DNA of 64,000 nt from IMG/VR virus record IMGVR_UViG_3300024239_000011, positions 62,001-126,000 of that record; one strand, given 5' to 3'. Below the pieces are notes generated by a model. The model was not told the DNA's origin. It saw only the letters and a list, made by a program, of their open reading frames with translations, and did no database searches. Within the stretch, counting starts at the first letter, position 1. Each line of letters opens with the position of its first letter. Below are positions 46,594 to 56,030 of this stretch, in pieces. The position numbers and the translations under genes were made by a program.

Positions 46594-47253
46594 ATGCCGA
46601 AACCAACATATACGCCAGTCCCCACAAACCAATTCGTTCATGCTGACTGGAATAACCAACGAATTATCATTGGTCCAATCTCTCTTCCTGCAAATATGAC
46701 CGTTGCCGGGAAATCATGGAAGTTGAAAGACAAGAACGTTGCCGAACTGGCTCAGATGCAATGGTATCCATTCGTCTACACGAACAGTCCGCCGATCATT
46801 CCATATGAGGTTTACACTAATATCGACCTGAAATGGCGAAACGGGCAAGTGGAGGCGACTTTCGTCAAACAGCAAATTCCACTCGAAACGGCCAAAGGCT
46901 ATCGACGTGATGAAGTCAATTCACGGCGTGAAGAATTGCTGAAGGCTGGCATCGTTTTCCAGGGAAATACGTTCGATACCGATGATCGTTCCATCCAAAA
47001 CATCATGGGCGTGAATACCCGTATTGCGCTGGGAATGGTATTGCCTGCGGGGTTCACATGGCGTAGCGCCAACAACCTTGATGTGCCCATGGATAACGTC
47101 AAGATTCTCGCGTTGGGCGCCTCAATGGCGCATTGGACTGACGCGATCTACAATGCGTCATGGACGCATAAACGTGCCATCGACGCACTGACCACGGTCG
47201 ATGCGGTGATCAACTACGACACCGATACTGGGTGGGTATCAAACGTGTACTAA
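46594..47253 (+). CDS. DUF4376-like tail fibre assembly protein
   Basis: FQGNTFDTD..S..NI.G...FTWRSANNLDVPM. Confidence 0.75.
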   Translation: MPKPTYTPVPTNQFVHADWNNQRIIIGPISLPANMTVAGKSWKLKDKNVAELAQMQWYPFVYTNSPPIIPYEVYTNIDLKWRNGQVEATFVKQQIPLETAKGYRRDEVNSRREELLKAGIVFQGNTFDTDDRSIQNIMGVNTRIALGMVLPAGFTWRSANNLDVPMDNVKILALGASMAHWTDAIYNASWTHKRAIDALTTVDAVINYDTDTGWVSNVY

Positions 47254-47256
47254 AAG

Positions 47257-47289
47257 CAAAACCCCCTGGTTGTTAGCCAGGGGGTTTTG
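47257..47289. terminator. bidirectional terminator
   Basis: AAAACCCCCTGG-loop-CCAGGGGGTTTT. Confidence 0.85.
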
Positions 47290-48316
47290 GTTTAGATTTC
47301 CACGGCGTGAGATTACCGCCATGAAGGATGGGTCTTTGGAACCGTACCGCGTAGCTTGCGACCAGCGTTAATTCCTAACATCCATGGGCTTTTGACCCAT
47401 ATCCCACCAGAGCCGCTTTTTTTAGCGAGTAGCTTATCTCGCGTCGTTGGTGATTACTCGGTGTCTCTTCCACAGAGATAGGTCAGCTAAACCCACCAAT
47501 GCAGCGCCCACACCAAACTGCTTCGCTTTGCGGGCTAGGCAGCACCTCCTTCCTTACGGGGAGGCGTTAGGCTCCTTCTCATCACCAACCGGGACAGGCT
47601 TTTGCGTTTTTGCATATCAAAGCCATGATTGATGCCGGATTCTCACCCGGCGGGCACCCTATCAGTGACGTGCTGTCCCAGTCCCTCCATGAGTTTTTGA
47701 CCCACAGAATTATAGACACGCCACGTACTTTTCTGCTTGCAAGCATACTCAGCGGTTTTTCAAGTTCCAGTCCCCACGGGCATTACGCTTAGGGTCCAGC
47801 AACTTTCAAACTGTCTTTCGCCCTTGGCTGCGAACCTCGGACTACGGCAGTAATGTACCATATTACCAGTCTCGGCACCACCCGTTAGCTGGAACATCCT
47901 CATTGGGTTGGTAGCCCTCCGAAGATGTTGTCTATGACACAAAACGTCCACAGACTATCCCTTAGTCTTCCACTTGGACTGGTTTTGCCATGGAGGGGTT
48001 CGTCACCCTCTTCCCTGATCGCCCTTTCTGTTCTCACCTCTCGGCGGAACTCGGATTGAACAGAGTTCGTTCCCATGCCGTCGTCAGTTTTATTCACCGC
48101 CTGCTCTCGCAACCGATGACCACCCTCTCGGGTGAGACTGGGACTTGCTTAGATGAACCGTATTGCTACGGCGGGGTTATCGTAGGGATTTCCGCCTTTA
48201 CACGAGTTGCCTCGTGCTATTCTTATGGACGCCAAGCCGCCCAATCTATCGATTAACAAATTCAAAGAGCAAGCTGAGTTAATCTACCCAGCTAAACCAG
48301 CCTTTCGACCGGCGAG
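47290..48316 (-). ncRNA. giant structured RNA of about 1,030 nt, GOLLD-like
   Basis: promoter and terminator bracket an ORF-free region dense in GNRA/UUCG hairpins; 3' end GGCGGTAATCTCACGCC. Confidence 0.65.
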
Positions 48317-48322
48317 GCACGG

Positions 48323-48351
48323 TTTATACCGTTCCTCTTTTTCTTCGTCAA
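48323..48351 (-). promoter_or_regulatory. sigma70-type promoter of the giant RNA
   Basis: TTGACG-N17-TATAAA. Confidence 0.75.
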
Positions 48352-48548
48352 CAACTATTTTCGTTCGTCGCGATTTTTATTTCGCTTCGTCCCGAGCGTT
48401 CGTTGTCGCCGTCGAAGTGAGGTGTTTATATCTTTCCTCATGGGAACCGTCAACACCTTTTTCCATAATAATGCGATTTTTATCCGGTCGTATTGACCGT
48501 TTGGTTTTACAACGCTACAATGTATTGAAACTATACAAGGTTTATATC

Positions 48549-48791
48549 ATGACCACACATTGTCATTATCAGCAAGTCGTTGTTGACCCTGGCGGCAATC
48601 CGCGCACGGTTCTCGCCCTCGACAGCTTCGCGATGGATGAAATTCGGCGTGGGCTGGAACTGGTCGCCCGTGAGAAAACGGGAGGCACCACCGATGCCAA
48701 GCGAAACACCCTGCTGGGCGAGTTCAACATCGCCATGGGTCAATCGGAAACCGAACTTCGTCGGTTGCCCCGGAATTCGGACGAGGAATAA
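48549..48791 (+). CDS. hypothetical protein
   Basis: GC3-rich ORF followed by a terminator. Confidence 0.6.
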   Translation: MTTHCHYQQVVVDPGGNPRTVLALDSFAMDEIRRGLELVAREKTGGTTDAKRNTLLGEFNIAMGQSETELRRLPRNSDEE

Positions 48792-48838
48792 AAAAGGGCG
48801 CCGAAAGGCGCCCTTTTCTTTTACCGGGGAATGGTCGC

Positions 48839-49297
48839 TTACGCGGTGACCATTTCCTTGGCGATCCGGCTGGCGGTCGCGTTGTCGAACTGACCAGCAT
48901 ACTGGGAATTCAACGCACCCATGATCTTGCCCATGGACTTCTGTTCCTTGGGAAGGTTCTGCTCGCTGATGATCTGGGTGACCAGTTCACGAATCTTGTC
49001 CTCGGACATCTGCGGGGGTAGGAAGGTTTCGAGGATAACCGCTTCAGCTTCACAGACAGCCGCTTCGTCGGCACGACCAAGGTTCGCATAGCCAGCGCCA
49101 GTCTCACGCTTCTGACCGACGTTCTTCTTGATCGTGGCGATCACATCCAGATCAGTCGGCTCCTTGCGCTCCTTACCGGAAGTCATGGCAGTATTCACAT
49201 CCGAAATGACCTGACGGATCAACCCCAGCTTCACGGAGTCTTTGGCGCGCATAGCATCCTTCATAGATGCCTTCAAAGTCTCCATCAATGCGCTCAT
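48839..49297 (-). CDS. yqeY: GatB/YqeY domain protein
   Basis: MKDAMRAKD..KL...IKKNV.QKRE...EA.ILE.FLP.QMSE...MGKIMG. Confidence 0.9.
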   Translation of the reverse strand: MSALMETLKASMKDAMRAKDSVKLGLIRQVISDVNTAMTSGKERKEPTDLDVIATIKKNVGQKRETGAGYANLGRADEAAVCEAEAVILETFLPPQMSEDKIRELVTQIISEQNLPKEQKSMGKIMGALNSQYAGQFDNATASRIAKEMVTA

Positions 49298-49440
49298 GAC
49301 ACTATACTCCCTTCCAAATGTGCGCGGACAATACACGCCGTGATCGCATTTGGCAAGAAAATATTGTGTAACTGATTGGGTCATCTTTACGAAAAGAAAA
49401 GGGGGCGCAAGTGCGCCCCCTTTATGAAGGTCAACCAACC

Positions 49441-51117
49441 CTATTCCTCATTATCGTCCGACATGTCTCCGTCCACATCATCAACGAATTCATCGGTGAG
49501 TAGGGAAGAAGCACCAGTAACGCTGCTGATATCCATACCAATTTGCTTGGCAAGGGCATCAACTGCCGGGCTTTGCAGGCGGAAATTCAAAAGACCATCG
49601 ATCACCTGATTGGCGACGCTACCACCGGTAGCCGTAGGCTTACCATCAGTGCCGGTCATCACGCCACCGACACCGCCCAAACCGGACAACATGTGGACGC
49701 GCACGCCTTCGATGTTCTCAAGCGGCTTAACCATCTGTTCGAGAATGCTGGGCATCTGCTCGATAGCGGTCAGGCGGACGCGGTTGGACAGAACCTTGAT
49801 GTCCAGAGTATTTTCGGCTTCGTTCAAAGCACGACGACCAGCAGCTTCAACTTCAAAGTCCTTCGCTTTGGCTTCCGCTTTGATCTGAATGGTTTCGGCT
49901 TCGGCTTCCGCCTCGATAATCAATGCAGCAGCGCGATCTTCTGCCGCAGCCTTTTCAGCAGCGGCAGCGACCTTGATACCCACGGCATCCTGTTCGGCTA
50001 CCTTGGTCGCTTCGATCACGGCGATGTTCTTGTTACGCTCGGCAATCGCAGTTTCCTTGGCGGTAACCACCGCTTCTTCTGCGGCGACCGCAGAAGCTCG
50101 TGCCTTGGCAGCATCCGCTTGTGCCTTCGAGTTCTCTTCAGACTTCTTGGCGATGGCGATCTTCTGATCCTGCTGGGCGAGTTCAATTGCCTTGGCGGCG
50201 TCGATCTCGTTTTCCTTCACCTTCTGGTTCTTGGCAATACGGGCTGCCTCAGTTGCCTGCTCAGCCGTAATACGGGCAATTTCAGCGGCACGGTTCTGCT
50301 CGGCTTCCTGCTCAGCAATCACACGCTGCTGTTCCGCACGACGGGTGGCAACTTCCCGTTCTTGTGCCATCTGCGCATACTCTTGTTCACGAGAAATTTC
50401 CAAGCTGCGCTGATTGGCTTTGAGGTTTTCTTCCTCAATCGCAACACGGGTTTTCGCCTGGATTTCGTTGCGCTGCCGATTTTTTTCTTCGGTAATGGAA
50501 GTCAGCTTTGCCAAACCCTCAGCGTCAAACGCATTGTTCGGATTGAAAAATTCCGCAGGAGTCTGGTCAAGACCGGTCAATGAAACCGACTCAAGTTCCA
50601 GACCATTCTTGGCAAGGTCTTCGGCAACCGTAGTCTGCACCCGCTGGACAAAAGTCACGCGGTTCTCATGGAGTTCCTGCATTTCCATCTGGGCAGCGAC
50701 CGAACGCAGGGCGTCCACAAACTTACCTTCGACCAACGCCGACAATTCACGCGGCTCCATGGTACGGCGACCAAGGGTTTGAGCGGCAGTCGCAATACCG
50801 TCACTATCAGGCTTCACCCGGACATAGAATTCCGCCATCACATCAACGCGCAGGCGATCCTTGGTAATCAAAGCTTCCTGGCGTTTACGCTCGACCTGAA
50901 GTCGAAGAGTTTGCATGTTCACGTCAATGACTTCGTGAAACATCGGGATCACAACGGCGCCGCCGTCCTTGACCACTTTCTGACCACCAGCACCGGTACG
51001 GACAAATGCCCGTTCCTTAGTCGCACGGCGATAAAGCTTCATCAGCACCAGACCGAAGCCAATAAACCCAACAAACAACACACCAACAACCGTGGCAATA
51101 AAACCCCAGTTCTCCAT
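49441..51117 (-). CDS. flotillin-like YqiK-family protein
   Basis: N-terminal TM, AFVRTGAGG.KVV.DGG, ITKDRLRVDV, GLELESVSLT, long Ala/Glu coiled coil. Confidence 0.9.
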   Translation of the reverse strand: MENWGFIATVVGVLFVGFIGFGLVLMKLYRRATKERAFVRTGAGGQKVVKDGGAVVIPMFHEVIDVNMQTLRLQVERKRQEALITKDRLRVDVMAEFYVRVKPDSDGIATAAQTLGRRTMEPRELSALVEGKFVDALRSVAAQMEMQELHENRVTFVQRVQTTVAEDLAKNGLELESVSLTGLDQTPAEFFNPNNAFDAEGLAKLTSITEEKNRQRNEIQAKTRVAIEEENLKANQRSLEISREQEYAQMAQEREVATRRAEQQRVIAEQEAEQNRAAEIARITAEQATEAARIAKNQKVKENEIDAAKAIELAQQDQKIAIAKKSEENSKAQADAAKARASAVAAEEAVVTAKETAIAERNKNIAVIEATKVAEQDAVGIKVAAAAEKAAAEDRAAALIIEAEAEAETIQIKAEAKAKDFEVEAAGRRALNEAENTLDIKVLSNRVRLTAIEQMPSILEQMVKPLENIEGVRVHMLSGLGGVGGVMTGTDGKPTATGGSVANQVIDGLLNFRLQSPAVDALAKQIGMDISSVTGASSLLTDEFVDDVDGDMSDDNEE

Positions 51118-51134
51118 AGAACTAACTCCTAAGA

Positions 51135-51761
51135 TTAGTATTTTTGAGCACGAAAGTGGTTTTCACCCAGACACTTAGTCAGGAGTATGCGTGACCCCTG
51201 CTCAATTTCGCCGTCATTGGGTTCCACTCGCAGATAGTGAACTTGACCATACTGATCTGTACATTTGGCTTCCGCCGGAAACCCCGGACGTGCAGTTCCA
51301 ATGGTAATCCAAGCTTCTCCACCAACGAAATCACGGATGGTCACTGCACTGGTGATTTCTTTTGGAAAGATTCGCGCGGTAATCACGCAGATAATCTTCG
51401 CCGGGACAACTGCAACCGGAACCACCAACAACCCGGCGATCCACACCGGAACCATTCCCCCGAAAATACCAGCGGCGATCCACTGAACAGTCCAACCGAT
51501 CAACCCGTAGCACATCATGAACGCCATCAGAATGATAAGGAACGGAACCTTACCGAAGTACATCCACCCAAGGAAATGAGTCAACACCCCAGCATCAACG
51601 TGAATATCAACATCCACATCAGCATCGGTATCCATCCCCGCAAATTCACCAACAGAGTGATCCACCGATAACCCGAATGCTTGGAGTACGGTGATCGCAA
51701 ACATAAGTCCAATTGCAACCGTAAACGGCACAACCGAATCATTGGTAAAGAATTCAAACAT
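51135..51761 (-). CDS. YqiJ-like membrane protein (NfeD-like OB fold)
   Basis: FTVAIGLMF, WMYFGKVPFL, G.A...IG.A..G.PAEA...DQYGQ.HY; precedes flotillin. Confidence 0.85.
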   Translation of the reverse strand: MFEFFTNDSVVPFTVAIGLMFAITVLQAFGLSVDHSVGEFAGMDTDADVDVDIHVDAGVLTHFLGWMYFGKVPFLIILMAFMMCYGLIGWTVQWIAAGIFGGMVPVWIAGLLVVPVAVVPAKIICVITARIFPKEITSAVTIRDFVGGEAWITIGTARPGFPAEAKCTDQYGQVHYLRVEPNDGEIEQGSRILLTKCLGENHFRAQKY

Positions 51762-51847
51762 GGCAAGTCCTTGGCCGGTGGTTTGTATCTTCTTATCCCA
51801 TAATCAACGGGCAGTCAAAGAAGAAAGAGAGGGGAATGTCCCCTCCC

Positions 51848-52273
51848 TTACCCCAACATACGCAGGATAAACGGAACGCTTGGGTCACGAACTTCAATGA
51901 TTGCGTTCCACGGCACGAATACCGAAGTTGCAACCCCACTGAAGTAAATTACCACCGTGAACCCTTCATCAGAAATTTCCAGATCATGGAACTGGTTCTG
52001 AAGCACGATGACAGTTTCCCCACGCAAATGAAGGGGGAACCCCGATACCCCGAAAATCGTGGTATCGAGGGTGATGTAGAAATGGTGTCCGTGATCATCA
52101 ACATTAGGATCATCACGGAAATTGGATAAGACCTCACGAATCATCCGAATGTTTGCAAGATGGTGTTCTCGCCGGAAGATACCGTCGTAATCAAATGCAG
52201 TGGGACTGTTCCCGGTCGCCGCTGATTTGTCTACCTGGGATTTTTTACCAGGGAAATGAATTACGTTTGTCAT
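51848..52273 (-). CDS. sspB: alphaproteobacterial-type SspB ClpXP adaptor, core domain only
   Basis: HHFYIT.DT...GV...IVLQNQF.DL....F.V...FSG.....VPW.AI....DPSV.F.L. Confidence 0.85.
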   Translation of the reverse strand: MTNVIHFPGKKSQVDKSAATGNSPTAFDYDGIFRREHHLANIRMIREVLSNFRDDPNVDDHGHHFYITLDTTIFGVSGFPLHLRGETVIVLQNQFHDLEISDEGFTVVIYFSGVATSVFVPWNAIIEVRDPSVPFILRMLG

Positions 52274-53439
52274 CAGTCAATCAACTGGATTGTTTTCGAG
52301 GATGGCTTGGGCTTGATCTTGGTAGGTTCCAAATCTTTTTCGGAGGGGTCTACCACACGGGTCACCAGGGCACGCTTGAGACGGACGACGCCACCTTCTT
52401 CAAGGATGATGTCGTTAACACATCCCGGCTTCAATTCAATTACTACAGCCTTGTCGCGATAGGTGCAATAATCAAACGCCTGTTTAATCGTCTGCTTGGC
52501 GTAGATGTATGGGTCACCAGACTGCACGTATTCACCAACTACATACTTAAATGTTGGTTTGTACATCGAGACTAGCTCATCGCCATTACGATAGACCTTC
52601 TTGAAGAACACACGATCCTTAAAGATTTCACCAACATCAACCATCTTACCATTTACTGGGCGGCAAGGAACCGGCTCATAGTCATCGCTATCCGTATAGA
52701 CCCGTGCATAGAACTTTCCGTTCAGTTGATAATACTCGATCTCACGTTTACCAACTGCGAGAATGACTTCTTCTGCGCTCCCTACAGGGGATTTAGTCGG
52801 AAAAGTCAGACGGTCGTTCATTGCAGCAAACATGTTCTCTATTGAGAACGGGGTATCTTCAGGTACCCGCACCGCCTCGCCGTAAATACCGCCAATCTGA
52901 TCAACCAGTTCATCCCATGAATTGATTGGTTTCAGCGCACAAGCCGCCAGGATTTTGAAGTTCTCAAACTTACCAATGGTGTATCCACGTTCCTTGTACT
53001 TGTTTACACGCCATGCGGACGCATACGGGAACCGTGTCTTCGGGTTAAAACGAAGAACTCGCTGACAGCAATCTTCCAAAAAATCGTCGTGGAGAACGAA
53101 TTTCTTGGTATCAACGTCATATGCCCCCATGCACACCGTAAAGTCGAAACATTCAAAAATTTTCTCAGCAGTTTCGAACGTATCAAAATGCATGATTTGG
53201 ATCGGGATATCATCGCCCTGCACAAATGTCACGGCACGTTCCGAAACATCGGCACAAAAGTACCCGCTCTCGAACATCAAATGTACTAAATCCTCAAACG
53301 CCGCTTCCGTTTTCGGATATACATCGATGTCGTTGATTGGTTTGTTCGTATATATGGAGGTAATTGAGCCACCCGCAATAAAGCAATCTTTGGCTTCCTT
53401 GGGGAGATACCCGGCTATCATCGTTGCCTTTGTCATCAC
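52273..53439 (-). CDS. nucleotidyltransferase-like protein (poly(A) polymerase/CCA head type)
   Basis: IAGGSI...INDIDVY, FDFTVCM, RVNKYKERGY. Confidence 0.7.
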   Translation of the reverse strand: MMTKATMIAGYLPKEAKDCFIAGGSITSIYTNKPINDIDVYPKTEAAFEDLVHLMFESGYFCADVSERAVTFVQGDDIPIQIMHFDTFETAEKIFECFDFTVCMGAYDVDTKKFVLHDDFLEDCCQRVLRFNPKTRFPYASAWRVNKYKERGYTIGKFENFKILAACALKPINSWDELVDQIGGIYGEAVRVPEDTPFSIENMFAAMNDRLTFPTKSPVGSAEEVILAVGKREIEYYQLNGKFYARVYTDSDDYEPVPCRPVNGKMVDVGEIFKDRVFFKKVYRNGDELVSMYKPTFKYVVGEYVQSGDPYIYAKQTIKQAFDYCTYRDKAVVIELKPGCVNDIILEEGGVVRLKRALVTRVVDPSEKDLEPTKIKPKPSSKTIQLID

Positions 53440-53549
53440 ACGACCTATGTTTTGTACGGTTGAGTGATTCTTAGGTTATCCAATGCATAACGGTCAAAAT
53501 TTCTTTTACATAGAAAACAAGGCATAAATACTATCTGAAAGGATTTCAG

Positions 53550-53876
53550 ATGAACAAATACGAGAGGTTGAAGCAAGACCTCGACACAAATGGCACCGGT
53601 ACCATGAAATGTTTCGGATCATCCATGCTTCCAATTCTTACCAATGGAACTACAAACACTTACGTTCGGGAAAATGAGTACAAAATTGGTGATATTGTAT
53701 TCTGTAAAGTTAATGGAAGATATATAGACGCCCACAAGATAACAAAAAAAGCCGCTGATGGGAGATACATGATTGCGAACAATAACGGTCATGAAAATGG
53801 ATGGACCAGAACCATTTATGGCAGAGTAATCAAAGCGGTCGATAATCACGGAAACGTGAAAGAATTCACCCGGTAG
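53550..53876 (+). CDS. peptidase S24/S26-like protein
   Basis: GSSMLP..GDIV...HKI...NGWT. Confidence 0.65.
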   Translation: MNKYERLKQDLDTNGTGTMKCFGSSMLPILTNGTTNTYVRENEYKIGDIVFCKVNGRYIDAHKITKKAADGRYMIANNNGHENGWTRTIYGRVIKAVDNHGNVKEFTR

Positions 53877-53975
53877 GCGCCCTACGGCGCCTTTTTCATT
53901 TTATACGCACTCGAAAAGTTTTAATGAGATCGGGTATCCACTCCGCATTCTCAAAATCATCAAAATCCCGAGAAA

Positions 53976-54536
53976 ATGTTGATCATGCTACTAGTGACGT
54001 GGCGCGATGATGACGCGGTGGAGCGTCAGGCAAAAACTCTATTACATCCACGTGGATGGTTTGTCGCAGAGACGTATACACCAGACGAGGATGAGGATGA
54101 TGGAACCACGCTATTCCGCATTGAACCGTTCGTCGGACAACGAACAACTGAAATCCCGGACAAGCTTTATCACGCCACCCCTGCACAAAATGTCCCGCGC
54201 ATTCTCAAGCAAGGGCTGATCCCACAACGGGGAAAGCACACCGGAATGTTCGCGGCTACACCAAACCGAATCTATATCGCCAAATCACTTGCCTACGCCG
54301 TTGATATCAAGAATATGCTTCAGAAGCACGATGGCTACAGACAAGACTACGCGATCATCGAGATCGATACGACGAAACTCCGGAAGGGGACGAAATTCTA
54401 TATCGACCCGCAATACCATTCTGGCGTCTACACGACCACGCCTGTTCCACCCGCCGCGTTGCGCGTACTCGGCAATGAGGAAGTGGAACAGTGTCCGGAA
54501 CCGGATTTCGACTACGAACTAGCGATGAATGTCTAA
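53976..54536 (+). CDS. ART-fold protein, Tpt1/KptA-like
   Basis: LYHATP..NVPRILKQGLIP, IYIA, IIEID. Confidence 0.6.
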   Translation: MLIMLLVTWRDDDAVERQAKTLLHPRGWFVAETYTPDEDEDDGTTLFRIEPFVGQRTTEIPDKLYHATPAQNVPRILKQGLIPQRGKHTGMFAATPNRIYIAKSLAYAVDIKNMLQKHDGYRQDYAIIEIDTTKLRKGTKFYIDPQYHSGVYTTTPVPPAALRVLGNEEVEQCPEPDFDYELAMNV

Positions 54537-54636
54537 CAACCGAGCGATATAGCGTTCTGCGATTTGATCATGAAAAAGCCCCTTAATGGTCCAAACCTGC
54601 ATTAGTATTTAGCAAGTTCTCCCATTAAGGGGCTAT

Positions 54637-54930
54637 TGGATCGGGGAGAGGGATTCGAACCCCCATAAAGTGGACCCTTACCACTTCGACTTTCGCCGCC
54701 CTCTTTCGAGGTTTGTGGTCTGGACTTTATCTTCACCATAGCTTGCGCCGTAGGTGCTGCCCGTCAAGTCTCTACACCTTCCGCTCTCGCGGCTTGGCTC
54801 GGGATTGGCATTTTACAGCGTTCCCCGAATTTGAGCAGTTCTACATCAAAGGTTTCCCTTTAAGCATCCGGTTTTCCTCTGTGTGGGAGGAAGGTAAAAA
54901 CCACTGGTCCTACCGTTAGACGATCCCCGA
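54637..54930 (-). tRNA. tRNA-Gln(UUG) interrupted by a group I intron
   Basis: exons 54897-54930 and 54637-54676 join to a 74-nt cloverleaf with loop TT-TTG-GT. Confidence 0.8.
54677..54896 (-). ncRNA. group I self-splicing intron, about 220 nt, no ORF
   Basis: P AAATTCGGGGAA, Q AATCCCGAG, R AGAGACTTGACGG, S AAGATAAAGTCC; P7 GACTT/AAGTC; P9.0 ACCAC/GTGGT; terminal G. Confidence 0.9.
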
Positions 54931-54980
54931 ATAGCGGTGGGAGGTATTTAGCAAAACCCCAACCCCACCGCAATAACTTT

Positions 54981-55574
54981 TTACCATCGTGTCGGTAACT
55001 GAGCTTCACCCGCAATCAAGGACGGCTCATAGATAATATCCTTCGGGTCATGATCTTTGTACCCAAACCCACGATACTTTTTCAACCGATCAGCCTTGAC
55101 ATCACCACCCGGCTTGGATGGACGCAACGTCATAGTCTTATTGTCCCAGAAGAAGTTATCGGTACATATCACTACGCGATTAAACACGTCAAGCGCACCT
55201 TGACACACCGTCATATCAAACGACTCAAAAATACTCATGGGCGAATCGAAAGTACGTTCGACCAACTGTATACTAACATAGTGATCTTCTCCGATCAGAA
55301 TGCTTTCATAGCTAGTGGCGTTGGTACTATTGTAGGCAACTTCCTCACCACCCGCATATTCAGACAAATAATCATTGAATTTTGCATGATCGTTGCTCGA
55401 CCGTGTGTAGCAGTCCACATCACCATCTAGAAGATTACGACCAGTTAGAAGCCGAGAAACAAATCCCCCGGCAATCATAACCTCGACCCCACTATCACTG
55501 ATGAACTTGAAAAGTTCTTTAAATGGATAATCATGGGGGTATTTCTGGGTTAGACTGAACAACGGTATGATCAT
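54981..55574 (-). CDS. second nucleotidyltransferase-like protein
   Basis: IAGGFV...DGDVDCY, FDMTVCQ, RLKKYRGFGY. Confidence 0.7.
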   Translation of the reverse strand: MIIPLFSLTQKYPHDYPFKELFKFISDSGVEVMIAGGFVSRLLTGRNLLDGDVDCYTRSSNDHAKFNDYLSEYAGGEEVAYNSTNATSYESILIGEDHYVSIQLVERTFDSPMSIFESFDMTVCQGALDVFNRVVICTDNFFWDNKTMTLRPSKPGGDVKADRLKKYRGFGYKDHDPKDIIYEPSLIAGEAQLPTRW

Positions 55575-55715
55575 GCTATACCCGCGATCATTATATGGTT
55601 GAAGGGTTGGCCGTGGTTATAACCCAACCACGACTGAGATGCATCAAGAAATTATAACCAATTGACTTATCCAACACATGGTTGTATAATCTCTAACCGG
55701 TTTGGAGGTTGGTCT

Positions 55716-56030
55716 ATGCGTCTTATTAATCCCGATATTCGCAAATATGGCACTTTGATCTACAATAGCGACGGCAAAACCGCAGGATTCGGAAACCCGT
55801 ACCAGATCACCGTGGACGTGATTGAAGACGCCCACGACTATGTGGTGGTTAAATTTCGTCCGTCAAAGAAAGTGTTGGGTGCCCATCGTATTGGGTTGGA
55901 ACCCACTTACGAACCCGGTTTTTTCGTCAAGTTCCAGATAATCAAGATCGTAGCGCACTGCCGCGTTGAGGTACGAGAAATCGAACGTTGGACTGGTCGG
56001 CGGTCGAAAAAAGACGGTAAGTATATCTGA
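55716..56030 (+). CDS. hypothetical protein
   Basis: GGAGG RBS. Confidence 0.65.
   Translation: MRLINPDIRKYGTLIYNSDGKTAGFGNPYQITVDVIEDAHDYVVVKFRPSKKVLGAHRIGLEPTYEPGFFVKFQIIKIVAHCRVEVREIERWTGRRSKKDGKYI

Noticed and set aside
49543-50782. Long plus-strand ORFs
   Set aside because: Antisense shadows of the codon-biased flotillin gene.
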